Assembly: GCF_963921235.1 (NCBI RefSeq)
Contig: NC_086105.1
Location: 26,784,001-26,848,000, forward strand
Length of the DNA stretch: 64,000 nucleotides
From: Mobula hypostoma
Taxonomy: Eukaryota
Direction of reading: 5' to 3'
Positions 23,514 through 36,308 of the stretch are shown here, piece after piece. Positions within the stretch are counted from its first letter, which is position 1. Each line of letters begins with the position of its first letter. The position numbers and the translations under genes were made by a program. A model generated the notes under the pieces. It was not told where the DNA came from. It saw only the letters and a program-made list of their open reading frames with translations, and did not search any database.

Positions 23514-24760
23514 TTTATTCATTGCTCTCTGCTACAGTAGAGATTCTTAGTGGAGACTGAGTGATTACTTTGCAGACTATATCAGTTGAGTTGGTAACAT
23601 CGGTGCTGAGCTTCTGGTTGCCCGGCACTCTAAGTTTGTACCCAATCCTATCTTTCTGTGACTTCGGCACTTTTCCAATGAAGCTTAATGTAAACTTAAG
23701 GAACATAATTTCTTCTTTCATCTATGCACTTTGCAACATCTTTTGTCAGCCGTAATGTCACCTGCATGGAATTTTAAATCACTTCTTCCATCTGCAGATG
23801 CTGCAGGATTTGCAGGAAATTTCCAGCATTCCCATTTTGAATTCAGGACTCAGCAACAGCATGTGACAGTGTTTACATGTCTTTTTTTTCTTCTCTTTCT
23901 AACTGTCATCATTAACCTCTCAACTAGATGGCTCCCTAATTTCTGAAGTTACCCCAGCAGGCCTGCTCCCACTTGATTCAGAGTTACTCCGAGTATCCTA
24001 GGCTTCGCTCCCCACCCTTTGTACAACTTCAAACTAACTTGTTTTCTCACGTTCCCAGTTCTGAAGAAGGACCTGAAACATTCACTCAGTTTCCCTTTCC
24101 ATAGATGCTGATATGATAGGTTTTAACCTGTATTTTCTGTTTTTATCTCAACTAGATTGTTTATACAGCTGGGAAGTTAATTGAGATTGAGTTACATTCT
24201 TTCCTCAAACTCTTCGTAAGTAATTGTTTAAAAATACTTGGGAATAGCAGAAAAGCGGACCTTATAAGGAAGTCTCCCTCTCCAACTAAGAAGACCTCAT
24301 CTCAGAATACCTAAATAAGCATATATCTTTTGCATACCACATTAGTGGCACTTCATAGATGATGAGATGATGGGGACACTTTCCTATTGTATGAATAAAA
24401 CAGAATGCTGAATAGGTTTTTGTGGAATTTTCACTTTGTATAACATTTGACTTACCAGAATCAGGTTTTATTTGAGGTATCAGGTGGACAAGTACTTGGG
24501 CATTTCAATAACACATTTCTCAATTCTCATTTTACCTCTCACTAAGTAGTTCTTCAAAAACATGAACATATGAAACACTTGGAACAACATCTTCCAGACA
24601 ATACCTAACATTTATTTTCAGATTTTTTGAATTTATTATGAATCCATAACTTTGCCATTCAAAGACTCAAAATGTAACCTTTGTATTATTTGCCTTCTGA
24701 TATGGTGGCAGTGCGCCCAGACACAGCAGCTTCTATGGGGTCAACCAAATGTGTTATTGT

Positions 24761-25475
24761 CGACACTTCACCTGTGAGTCGGCTGGGGTGATATACTGCG
24801 TCCGGTGCTCCCGATGTGGCCCTCTATATATTGGTGAGACCTGACGCAGACTGGGAGATCGTTTCGCTGAACACCTACGCTCTGTCCGCCAGAGAAAGCA
24901 GGATCTCCCAGTGGCCACACATTTTGATTCCACATCCCATTCCTATTCTGATATGTCTATCCACGGCCTCCTCTACTGTAAAGATGAAGCCACACTCAGG
25001 CTGGAGGAACAACACCTTATATTCCATCTGGGTAGCCTCCAACCTGATGGCATGAATATTGACTTCTCTAACTTACGTTAATGCCCCACCTCCCCTTGGT
25101 ACCCCATCCGTTATTTATTTATATACACACATTCTTTTTCTCCCCTTTTTCTCCCTCTGTCCCTCTCACTATTCCCCTTGCCTATCCTCTGGGTTCCCCC
25201 CTCCCCCTTTTCCTTCTCCCTGAGCCTCCTGTCCCATGATCCTCTCATATCCCTTTTGCCAATCAACTGTCCAGCTCTTGGCTCCATCCCTCCCCCTCCT
25301 GTCTTCTCCTATCACTTTGGATCTCCTCCTCCCCCTCCCACTTTCAAATCTCTTACTAGCTCTTCTTTCAGTTAGTCCTGACGAAGGGTCTCGGCCCGAA
25401 ACGTCGACTGTACCTCTTCCTATAGATGCTGCCTGGCCTGCTGCGTTCACCAACAACTTTTATGTGTGTTGCTTG
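24761..25475 (+). mobile_element. Penelope-like element 3' portion: GIY-YIG endonuclease remnant plus pLTR
   Basis: Translates RHFTCESAGVIYCVRCSRCGPLYIGET*RRLGDRFAEHL...EEQHLIFHLGSLQPDGMNIDFSNLR*, the GIY-YIG signature with CxxC. Followed by a pyrimidine-rich UTR and a hammerhead motif. Confidence 0.9.
25373..25410 (+). ncRNA. Minimal type I hammerhead ribozyme with intact core
   Basis: UAGUC-CUGACGA-A-GGGU(CUCG)GCCC-GAAA-C-GUC/GACUG. Stem I is UAGUC:GACUG, stem II is GGGU:GCCC, stem III is a loopless palindromic ACGU. Predicted cleavage after C25405. Confidence 0.75.
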
Positions 25476-27644
25476 CCTTCTTAAGTGTATGATTTTACTA
25501 TTGTGAGACCTCACTGGACATCAAGAACTTAGTACTGCAGGTCTACCCCATCAGCAAGTTGCTTGTTGGCGGAGAAACTAAAGGAGCTGGATTTGGCATG
25601 GGCCGTGATGCTGCCTGTGACAAGAGAAGTGTCAGTGTACGAAGAAGTTGTGCAGTGTAACAGCGAGTGATCATCTTAATCACATTTCTTCTGATCACAA
25701 GACCCTGTTGGATATCGGTGGTGTGGAATGCTGTAAACCCAATCCATGGAGGGGGAGCTGCGTGGCCTCAGTCCTTTTCATAGCCGGGACTAGGCCTCAT
25801 GCTGCAGTGTTGCCTGTTTGCAGCCACCCAGGGGCAGGCATCAGAGCTGGACGTTCCACCCGAGTGCTGGAGGCAGCGTGGTAGTGTCCATACTGCACCT
25901 CACCTCCCCCCATGTCCACTTAGCAGGAGATGAGCCACATTGTGTTCCACTGCAGACTGCTGCAACATTCTTGGATTCAGGGACTTGGACTATTTCTTTT
26001 GTGCGACTGTATTTTACTGCTGTCTTATATGAGCTGTGTGCACCTTATGCTGTGTATGACTGTTGGCACTGTATTTTGTACCTTGACCCCAGAGTAACAT
26101 TGTTTCATTTGACTGTATTCATGGGTACTCCTATGGTTGAATGACAATTAAACTTGAATTTAAACTTGTGACAGTTAAAACAAGTGGCTGCATATAACGA
26201 ACAGTCAACAGCCAGCAGGAGTGGATTTTATAATTCTATTGCCAATAAATCTTGGTGATCACTCATGTAAATTTATGCAACTAATATGTTACTATCAATT
26301 TTTTCCTGGGAAAATGACTCCACTTTGTATTGAGAACATTTGCTGTAGTTTGTATTTTACCCAGTATTTGAAAAAAAGGAGGAATGTTACTTTGATTCTG
26401 AACAACTATTTTCTTAAAGTGGAGATACAAGAGACTGTAGACGCTGAAATGTGGAACAACAAACAATCTGCTGGTGCAACTCAGTGGGTTGAGCATCAGT
26501 AAGGGAAAGAAATAGTCAATGTTTTGAGATAATTTTAAATACTGAAAAAATTCACACTTTTTGCATAGTTTATATGTAAACAATAACAAATATCTAGATA
26601 AAACACAAACATGCCAGCATTTGTTTTATATTATCTGAACCCTTCGCTTTTAATGTGTTTGATCTACCCTGTTTTGTAACTCTTTAATGTATAGCTATCA
26701 GTGCTTGATAATTTACCATTGTAGATAGTAACATTAATATCAGGCCCAATACTAAAGAGCAAAATTATAGAGCAGACAAATGATAGAAACTGAGCAACAG
26801 GGGCTTCATCAATTAAATTACATCCATATCTTTAAATGAAAACAGGAAATTAAATCATGTGTCACTACTGAGGTAGAATGTGCTTTATCTCTAAAATGAT
26901 TTTTTTCATTTATGGTCCACAAAAAACTTTCATGACAGTTAAAAGGAAAAGCCACACACCTGGCTGATGGTAAATATCTACTTTTAAAATAAATTAAGCT
27001 ATAAATGCAAATACTCAATATTTACAATCTTACACAATGTTTGAAGAGCTTGCAATTATTAGCCTCAGACATTAAATGGGTATTTTGTGGAGTCTTGTTA
27101 AAGTATAGTAGCATTCTGTGCCACAAATTTCACAAAGAATTAACAGTCTTCAAGAAAAATAATACATAATTTCTCATAAATAATAACAGAATTGTTTAAA
27201 ACAAAGTCTGAAGAATATTGGTCAGTGGGAAAAATAAATGACTGAATGAGACAGGAGACTAAGTGAAATCTGTTTTTCTCTGCAAAGCTAATTGACACAA
27301 GTAAAGCCAAATACCAGAATTGCAAACATAACTGGCTGCCATTTATGAGTTTCAAGTAAGATTCATAAAGGTTATTGAGTATGGTATGGGGTATTTGACA
27401 AACTTGAATGGATATAATGAAAATAAGCCCCAGAAGCTATATAGTTTTTCCTAGAATTACAGGAATGCTTTTTCACATACTTCTCCAAAATACCTGAAAA
27501 TACTATTAATGTTGTAGAAGTGTTCGCATTAACACTTCACAAACAGAATTGGGATTTCCATGTAGAAAACGTAAGTCAGAACATATAAGAAAATATTATA
27601 TATCCGAAAACTCAAATAACCTTTCAAACTCTTCTGGTCGATTT

Positions 27645-27880
27645 TCTTTATTTATTGATTTTATTGAGATCCAGCATTGAGTCAGCCCTTCAAGCTGCAC
27701 CACCCAGCAATCCCCAATTTAATCGTAGCCTAATACAGGGCAATTTACCAACCGTGGGAGGAAACCAGAGCACCCGGAGGAAACCCATGCAGTCATGGGG
27801 AGAACGTACAAGCTCCTTACAGGCAATGACAGGAATTGAACCCCGGCCATCTGAACTGTAAAGCATTGTGCTAACCACTA
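27645..27880 (-). mobile_element. V-SINE/HE1-like SINE
   Basis: Reverse complement of the V-domain (gtgggaggaaaccagagcacccggaggaaaccc) and a tRNA-like head. Confidence 0.8.
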
Positions 27881-28162
27881 ATCACCTTTGAGCAAGGCAT
27901 CCAGATGCAATCCATTATAGGAATGAAAAAAAGTTTCTTGCACCATCATGCTGCAAAATTCAACACTGTAATTGAAACTACCTTCCTGTTTTCTCAATAA
28001 ACTAAGTAACAATGGTTACTTTGCTTACCTATCACCATGACAACTTCAATACCAAGCTTTTCCAAAGAAGTTATTTTGCAACTACATGTTTAATTATCCT
28101 GTTTGTGGGAAGTGGCTTTTAAAGTTGGAGAAAATAAGGAAAGAACAACATGCAGGGTATAT

Positions 28163-28526
28163 AGACAATAGGTGCAGGAGTAAGCCATTCACCCCTCGAG
28201 CCAGCACCGTCATTCACTGTAATCATCCACAATCAGTACCCTTTTCCTGCCTTCTCCCCATATTCCTTGACTCCGCTATCTCTAAGAGCTCTATCTAACT
28301 CTTTCTCGAAAGAATCCAGAGGATTGGCCTCCGCTGCCTTCTGAGGCAGAGCATCCCACAGAACCACAACCCTCTGCGTGAAAAAGTTTTTCCTCAACTC
28401 CGTTCTAAATGGCCTAACCCTTATTCTTAAACTGTGGCCTCTAGTTCTGGACAGTCCCACCATCCCGGGAATTAACCTCATGAACCTATGCTGCACTCCC
28501 TCAATAGCTAGAATGTCTTTCCTCAA
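28163..28526 (-). mobile_element. CR1 3' fragment with internal deletion
   Basis: ORF 28233..28526: RKDILAIEGVQHRF...SRTRGHSLRI...FFTQRVV. Confidence 0.85.
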
Positions 28527-29954
28527 ATATGTTGATCATTTTGTTGTTACATAAGGTTTGACAGGAGCTGAGCTGTTACCATGTTGGATTTCTGACATCC
28601 TCCAAAGAATGAAACTGTAACAATGAAGTACAGTATTTTTCATTACCAGAATCCAGAATTTGAATAGGAATGTATCAACTGGGTGGTATTTAGCACAGGA
28701 ACTTAAGATTTATATTTGAGATTTTTATATATATACAATGTAGGAAAGCTATTACTTATGACAAATACTTAAATCTTTCTGTTGTAAACTTTAAAATATT
28801 TGATAAACTTCGCATGCTATTCACAATTACCTGGTTGCCCTTTACTTAAAAAAACTTAGTCATCTCTATTTAGAAGCACTATTCCTGCACACCTGCTTTT
28901 GAGGTATCATCTTACACAAAATAAACAGGCTGTAACTTCAGAAAAACCAAGCTCGAATAGCCTCCATCCTGGCTAAATAAATAACTGAGATAAGTGGAAG
29001 AGTCACACATCTTCAGAATGTTTTTCAACTTCTCAAACAAATGAAAAGATTAAATTCTGTATTGCATTCAAACTAAAGAGAAAGCTTTGGTTCTTAATCT
29101 GAAGCTGAATGGTGGAAGTTTTCTTTTGGTTCTCTTATTTGTAGCTGTGGTTCTAAATAATCCATTTTACTGAAATTGAGTGTTTCCCTGATAAAAGACA
29201 TACATTTGAAAAGGAGAATGCTAAATTTGACCAGTTCATAAAATAATTTCAGTTTTGAGAACCTTAATGTACAGATGCAAGAGCAAATACTGTGGTTAGC
29301 CTTCCCTAATGAAATCCATTAATAAAAACAGAAATCAACATTGAAAGTGGAGATACTTTAAAAGTGGAGATCAGTTAAAAATCATTTTGATGGTGAATAG
29401 TATCAGATGTATCCTTGCTTGCTTGGCACAACATTTGTAACTTTCTCCGGTTCAATAACTCTAAATTATTTTTAAAAACAATTGAAATTCATAACAATAT
29501 TCATAGTATGTCATCCTCACTTCGTGTTAATAACGATTCCTTTATGATACAATCTTCCAATTCCAAATGAAAGCTTTATTATTTATAGAATAATTTACAC
29601 AAACTTGAAAAATCTACAACCTAAATTTAAAATCTCATAGCTTCACATGCAGCAGAATGCTCTCGATTTCATTTTGCTATCATTAATGTACAAACAGCAG
29701 GAAATTGCAAAATAGAAGGTGGAGGAGGATTTCGCCTGAAAACCTGAATGGCGTCCCACCCAAGTGAAGAAAACAAATTCATTTATAATTCACAGCATTT
29801 TCAAATATACACATGGCAAGTACTGGAAATAACTAGCAGGTCTGAGAGCATCCATGCACAGCGAATATTTTAGTTTGATGACCATTCAGTAGTATGTTCA
29901 AACCTTTCACAAATTTCAATAACCATTGTGTGAGCAAGAAATAGACATTGTTTT

Positions 29955-30220
29955 AATTTATTTATTGAGATACCGCACGGAGTGGTCCTTTGAGCTGCAC
30001 GGCCCAGCAAATCCCAATTTAACCCTAACCTAATTATGAGACAATTTACAATGACCAACTAACCTACCAACCAGTCTTTGGACTGTGGGAGGAAACTGAG
30101 CACCCAGAAGAAACTCATGCAGTCATGGGTAGAACGTACAAACCCCTTACAGACACTAACGGGAATTGAATCTGGGTTGCTGATATCATAAAACATTGTG
30201 CTAACCACAATACCATGCCA
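29955..30220 (-). mobile_element. V-SINE/HE1-like SINE
   Basis: Same family as 27645-27880 (ggactgtgggaggaaactgagcacccagaagaaac). Confidence 0.78.
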
Positions 30221-30435
30221 CCCTGTTTTGAATGTACAAAAACTGCAAAGAACTTGTCAGAAGTGGAAAAGCACAATTACATACATTAAATAAAAATGGA
30301 AGGCATGCATTAGGAGTGTGATAACAGAGAAAGAACTGAAAAGATGAAAAGAAAAATAACAGGTGCAAAAGTTTAGGGCAGAAGCAATGAGTGCAGCATT
30401 GTGTATGGATTGTACATTAACAAAAAAGTTGACAT

Positions 30436-30441
30436 TTTATT
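30436..30441 (-). terminator. Probable MRPS35 polyadenylation signal
   Basis: AATAAA on the minus strand about 200 nt after the stop, followed by a U-rich downstream tract (reverse complement of the A-rich 30330-30370). Confidence 0.6.
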
Positions 30442-30636
30442 CATACTGTACTTCAAATATTTTCAATTAAAATACAATTGTAAAGTACATTTGTTTACAG
30501 ACTCGGAATCTAACATTTTCTCAAGACAAGACCATTTACATGAATATGTCATGTCATCAAGTTTAATGATTAAGTCTGCACAACCAATATTCTAACCAAA
30601 TATAAATTGGTCATGTCATCTGTAACATCCTATAGA

Positions 30637-30915
30637 TCACATTGCAGCATGCAATCTCAACAGTCTTTTCACGGATTCTTTGTACTGCAAAATGCTATCT
30701 TCCGTTTCCCCTTCATTTTTAATGTTCACAACAGACTCCTTATAATTTTTGACTTCTGGTGAATTAACAATTTCTTCTTTTGAGATTGAAGGAATTTTTT
30801 CAGCTTCTTTCATCCTGAAGACTGTGTCCAAAGCATTTTTCTCAGATTGACTATTCTCCCACATAAATTCATCCATGTCTGCTTCAGTTCTGTCAGATTC
30901 CCATGTTTCTGTTTT
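30637..30915 (-). CDS. MRPS35: Mitochondrial small ribosomal subunit protein mS35, exon 8 (last)
   Basis: Acceptor ttcctcttccccag. Encodes KTETWESDRTEADMDEFMWENSQSEKN...QYKESVKRLLRLHAAM*, matching the recalled MRPS35 C-terminus. Total spliced CDS is 1005 nt, 334 aa. Confidence 0.95.
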   Translation of the reverse strand, partial: KTETWESDRTEADMDEFMWENSQSEKNALDTVFRMKEAEKIPSISKEEIVNSPEVKNYKESVVNIKNEGETEDSILQYKESVKRLLRLHAAM

Positions 30916-30940
30916 CTGGGGAAGAGGAATAAAAAGTAAC

Positions 30941-31510
30941 ATTTAAGAGCCATGAGGTAACGTTACAGCTAAATAAGACCTTAGTTAGACCCCACTTGGA
31001 GTGCTGTGTTCAGTTCTGGTCACCTCATTACAGGAAAGATATGGATACTATAGAGAGAGTGCAGAGGAGATTTACAAGGATGTTGCCTGCAATAGAGAGC
31101 ATGCCTTATGAGAATAGGTTGAGTAAACTTGGCCTTTTCTCCTGGGAGCAGCAGAGGATGAGAGGTGAGCTGATAGACATGTATAAGATGATGAGAGGCA
31201 TTGATGGTGTGGATAGCCAGAGCCCAGGGCTGAAATGGCCAACATGAGGGGGACAGTTTTAAGCTGTTTGGAAATAGGCACAAGGGGGGATGTTAGAGGT
31301 AAGCTTTTCCACACAGAGAGCGGTGGGTGCGTGGAATGCACTGCCAGCGAAGGTAGTAGAGGCAGATACAATCGGGTCTTTTAAGAGACTCTTAGATAGA
31401 TACATGGAGCTTAGAGAAATAGAGGGCTATGCAATTGGGAAATTCCAGGCACCCTCTTGAGTAGGTCAGCACAACATTGTGGGCTAAATGGCCAGTGATG
31501 TGCTGTAGAT
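30941..31510 (+). mobile_element. CR1 3' fragment
   Basis: LVRPHLECCVQFWSPHYRKD...ERVQRRFTRML and a CR1 3' UTR. Confidence 0.88.
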
Positions 31511-32640
31511 TTGTGCTTTTATTTGACAATAGTTTGGTCGCATGTTGCACAGAATGAGTTGGTTGCTAAAATTCCAGGCCAAGAACAAATTTTGAAGTGC
31601 ATAATATTTTTCAACTGCCTAAATTGTTTGGATTATGTGTTTGTGCATAGAACATTGAACAGTACAGCATAGTAATGTGGTGGCGACCTTTTAACCTACT
31701 CCAAGATCAAACAAACCTTTTCCTCCCACGTAGACTCCATTTTTCTTTTATCCACGTGCCTATCTAAAGAGTATTTCTGGAACATAGATTTTTACCTTTA
31801 ACATTTTTAAATTTTATTTTACATTTTAAACAAATTCCTTGGGTAAAAACTGGATATACAAATTCCCCATTCATTATAGGAGTCAACTGATTTTCATCTC
31901 CATTGCCTGTTTCATACATAGTACATTGAAAATCTTCTCCACCATCCATAAAACCTGGTTGCAACTTTGAAACTGAATCCAGAAAGCTGAAGTTTCTGAA
32001 CTATAAAGAGATTTGTCCAGGTCTGAAATTTAATTTTAATTTGAAACTATTTCCTAAAATCTATCATAGAGCTGGAGAGATATTTAGAACAAATCATCCT
32101 TACAACAGTTTGGATCATGCCAATGCTAGCCAACACTTCACACCAGTCAGCAGCTAAACTAAACACTTACAGTTGCACAGCTCCCAGCAGACTGCCAAAG
32201 TAGCTGCTGCAGTCCTTTCATGAGTTGTAGGGGACTGTGAAAACAAGAAACCTACTTGTGGACCAATCTGATGACCTTCTGACAGCTCAATTAAAAAAAA
32301 AATCAAAACTGGAAAATGCCAGGGAACCAGATTTAAAAAATATAAATAGTCCCTCAGCTCAGATCTTATGGAATGCCCCTGGACCTAACAGTGAGTGTAA
32401 AAGCAGGGTTGGAAGTTAGATGAACAACTAACTGACCTCCCACTCATTCTCTACTTTTATGTTGCAAATCGCAGGTGCAAATGTCCTGTATGCACCATCA
32501 CTGTGCACACTACAGCTAGCCAACTGTTGTTGCAAGCGTCATGGCCGTGACTATATACCAATACCAACAAACAGCACTGCCACCTCTGCACTGTGCCACC
32601 ACTATTGAAAAGGAGTTGTAAGGAAAACAAAGTTACTGAA

Positions 32641-32656
32641 CCACCTGGGGGCAGCA
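32641..32656 (+). promoter_or_regulatory. Candidate CTCF binding site
   Basis: CCACCTGGGGGCAGCA is close to the CTCF core CCACCAGGGGGC(G/A), in apparently unique intronic sequence. Confidence 0.45.
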
Positions 32657-33699
32657 TATATGCTATTAGAAAATCTCAACAGGTAATTTATACCACAATA
32701 ACACTGCAATCTGTATCTTGTGAATAGATTAGGGTTTCTATTGCATTACATTTTCTGTAAAAATGTGTAACCCAACATACAATATGCCATTGATATGATA
32801 TTACACCAGATATTACATCAGGTTAACATGGACTAAAGCATATTTACCCATTGCTACTGGTTCGGAATAAAACTATTGGCAAAGGGCCTTTCACATGTTC
32901 CTGATTTCCACTTCTGTGTATTGCAGTGTCCAAGTCAGGAAAATGCTGGTGATCAGATAACAGCACATCTTGTCTCTTGCTTTGCCACCGTATTTGGTGC
33001 CCAGGGTTGGAATTTAACAGTATTTTAAGGGGTGGATGCACTTTGTATCTGGCTTCACCAATTGAAAACAGGCACGTAGAAGAGCCCCAATAATTTGAAC
33101 AGGATTGCTAATCCAGATGGAAACGTGAATTAAATGGTTCTAGTTCTTCAGCTTATTTTAATTTATATTGGTCAGTTTTTTTTCTTTAATTATCATCAAA
33201 TCTACTGGAGAAATTTAGCAACAGGTGAAAAGACCCTTGACATTTTAATACTAATGGGATGGGATATTAGGATCCACTACCCAAAATCTTGATTTGGTTT
33301 GTGAACCAGTCTACTTTTCAGGGCAGCTATGCAAAACAATGTTTAGAGCTCTTTTTGACATTTGGGACTGTGAATTGTTATCACGGCCAAGGAGGATCAA
33401 ATGGAGCCTGGCTCAGGTTGAGCATTAGCTAGCCCAACAATACTGACAGAATTTTGTACAATTACACTTACTTATAGCAGTTCATTGAAGTAAGTGAAAT
33501 AGCACATTTTACATGGACAACTTCAGTCCATATCTTTAAAATTGTCCCTTTAACCAAGTATTCACTAAGCAGTGCAAATTCCCAGTCAGAAAGCATCTCA
33601 TAATCCTCTTCTTCTGCCACTGTACTCAGTGCTCAGGCCCAAGCACGGGTAGAAGCAAGTGTTTCTACCCATATTTTAATAAAAACATAGGTCTGATTT

Positions 33700-34930
33700 T
33701 AGAACATAGTACAGTACAGCACAGGAACAGATCCTTTGGTCCACAATGTTGTCCTGAACCAAATAAATTAGTAATCAAATGGCCAACTAAACTAATCTCC
33801 TCTCCCAACACAATATCCACATTCTTCAATTTCTTTTCACAACATTCATATGCCTAGCTAAACATCTCTTAAATGTCTGCCTCTACCACCCCCGCAGGCA
33901 GCAGATTCCAGGTACCCACCATTCTCTGTGTAAAAACCTGCCCTTCACATCTCCTCTGAACTTACCCCTCTTGCCTCAACCCGTGTAGCCACTTTCAGGG
34001 AGTGAGGAACTTGAAACTCAAGATCACTCTGCTCCTCAACACAGTTCAGGTCTTGCCTTTAACAGTGTACTGTCTCTTTAAATTTGACCAACCAAGCTGT
34101 GACACTTCACATTTGGCCAGCTTAAACTCCATCTACTATTTCTCCACCCATATCTGCAACTGATCGATACCTTGCTATATTTCTTACCCGTCATCTACGC
34201 TACCAACAATACCATCAACCTTCGTATCATCCTCAAACTTACTAACCTGACATCTACATTTTCATCCAGGTTATTTATATACATCACAAACAGCAGAGGT
34301 CAGAGAACAGATCCCACTAATCACAGACCTCCAGCTCGAAGTCCCTTCGACCACTACCACTATGGGTCAGCCAGTTCTGAATCCAAACAGCTAGTTCACC
34401 ATTGATCCCATACATCTTTATCTTCTGGATGAGCTTCCCAATGGGAGCCTAGTGAAAAGCCTTCCTAAAATCCATGTAGACAATATCCACATTCACCAAT
34501 CACCCTAGTCACCTTGTCAAGAACTCTATCAAGGTAGTAAGACATGCCCTGCCTTGCACAAAGCCATGCTGACTCTCCCTAATTAGGATATAGTTTTCCA
34601 AATGCTCATAAATACTAATCCCAAGAATTCTCTCCAGTAACTTCCCTACCACTGATGTGAGACTCACCGGTCTATAATTTCCAGGAATATCCCCGGTTCC
34701 CTTCTTGAATAATGGAACTACATTAGCTACTTGCCAGTCCTCCAGGACCTCGAGTGTGGCCAGAGGAGAATGATATTGGTCAAGACCCCAACAAACTCTT
34801 CATTTGCTTCTCTCAATAACCTGGGATATATCCCATCAGGCCCTGGGGACTGATACACCTTAATGCTGTTTAAGAGACCAACAATACCTCCTCCTTTACT
34901 TTGAAATGCCCTAGCATATTAATACTCTAG
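33700..34930 (-). mobile_element. Degraded CR1 LINE
   Basis: Reverse-complement motifs for GPDGIYP, WQVANVVPLFKKG, QHGFVQG and DIVYMDFRKAF, plus a CR1 3' UTR near 33700-33900. Confidence 0.8.
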
Positions 34931-36238
34931 GCACTGAGGATGTCTGCAGTAAAATATTTATGTGAGAAATAATTGCCCATGGAGTCTCTATTGATTTTGG
35001 TACATTTGGCACACTAAAATAGGAAACTGTAGTTTAATTATATACCTCAATACTGAATATCTAGCTGAAGCACCTGGTCATAATGGGCTTCTTTACATTC
35101 CCTAACAACTCTCATCGGATAAATTGCTTGCTGTAAATAACCATATTTTGTTAAGGATAGCATTACTGAACATATTTAACTTTAGAAATCATCAATTCAG
35201 AATTTACATCACTAGGTGTAAATCATAGCTTAAGGAAAAAGTCTAAATGAGTATCTGTTTTATATATGTAGTAAACTAATCCTGATATTTGCAAATGATG
35301 ATGTGTTTATCCCATGTATGAAATATCACCAAGAAAACCAGTCTCTCAGAGAATGATATGTGGGCCATGTTCTTACATTGCATTTTTTCATCACGCAGTA
35401 AAGCTACACTCACCATAGCATGTTGGTATTTTGTTAACTAGGCAATCAATTCAGGATTATGATTGTATTGATTCTTACTGCACAGCTTACTACAATAACT
35501 AATGTCTAAATAGTGCAATTATTTAACAGTACTCATGCTCATGAAAGTGTATTAGACAGGTGAAACTCCTGTAACAATAAGCCTCATTATCTTTAAGCTA
35601 TCTGAAAAGAGAGTGTATTGACCATGGAAAATCAAATATGCCACAGTGCTTGTTAATATTTCACAAAAATCAAGCACAATTACAACTGATTGACACGTCC
35701 ATTAACTATTGATGCTGATTCTGAAAGGTAATAGAAAGGCAGACATTTAACCAAAGGCTTTCCTGTGTATTCAGAATATAAAATACACAACAAAATATAT
35801 CAGGTAACTTGGCCTCCCCAGCTGAGTAACATTATAGTCAGAACAGTGCGGGTTTACCTCCCATTAATAAACAAGTCATCTCCTAATCTTTCACCATTTG
35901 TACTCTGCTAGCATTGGAAGTTTCCACTTGCCACCAGCTCAATAGCTTCCTTATTAAAGCAATAATAAAAATTAGTGTTTAAACATTGAGTTTGAAAGTG
36001 TAAAATAATTAATTTAAAACATATCATAAGGAGGAAGAAAAGACCAGCCTGCACAGGTTGATGCTTTGGAAATCTTGATATTTACCTTTAAGTTATTCAG
36101 CCTTAATAGATGCATGATAACTCCTGTTTTAACTAAACTAATATTTCAGAAATTATACATGAAAAACACATAATAATTGAAAATAACGATAAACACCATA
36201 TATCAAATATTGCGCAGTTCTCATAAATGTTCACTCAC

Positions 36239-36308
36239 CCATGATTCGTGGTACAAAACAGTGAGTAAGTACAGGGCGTAATCGTAATTCTGTCGCCTCA
36301 GCGGGCAC
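36239..36308 (-). CDS. MRPS35: MRPS35 exon 7
   Basis: 70 nt with AG/GT borders, encoding [23 protein letters not shown]. Confidence 0.96.

Noticed and set aside
29090-29190. Acceptor-like site on the minus strand followed by a short frame, a possible alternative terminal exon
   Set aside because: About 30 codons, no recognisable homology, and it lies beyond the likely MRPS35 poly(A) site.
31764-32000. Minus-strand 66-aa ORF with an upstream AG, a possible MRPS35 cassette exon
   Set aside because: No convincing GT donor, no recognisable homology, and exons 7 and 8 already join in frame.
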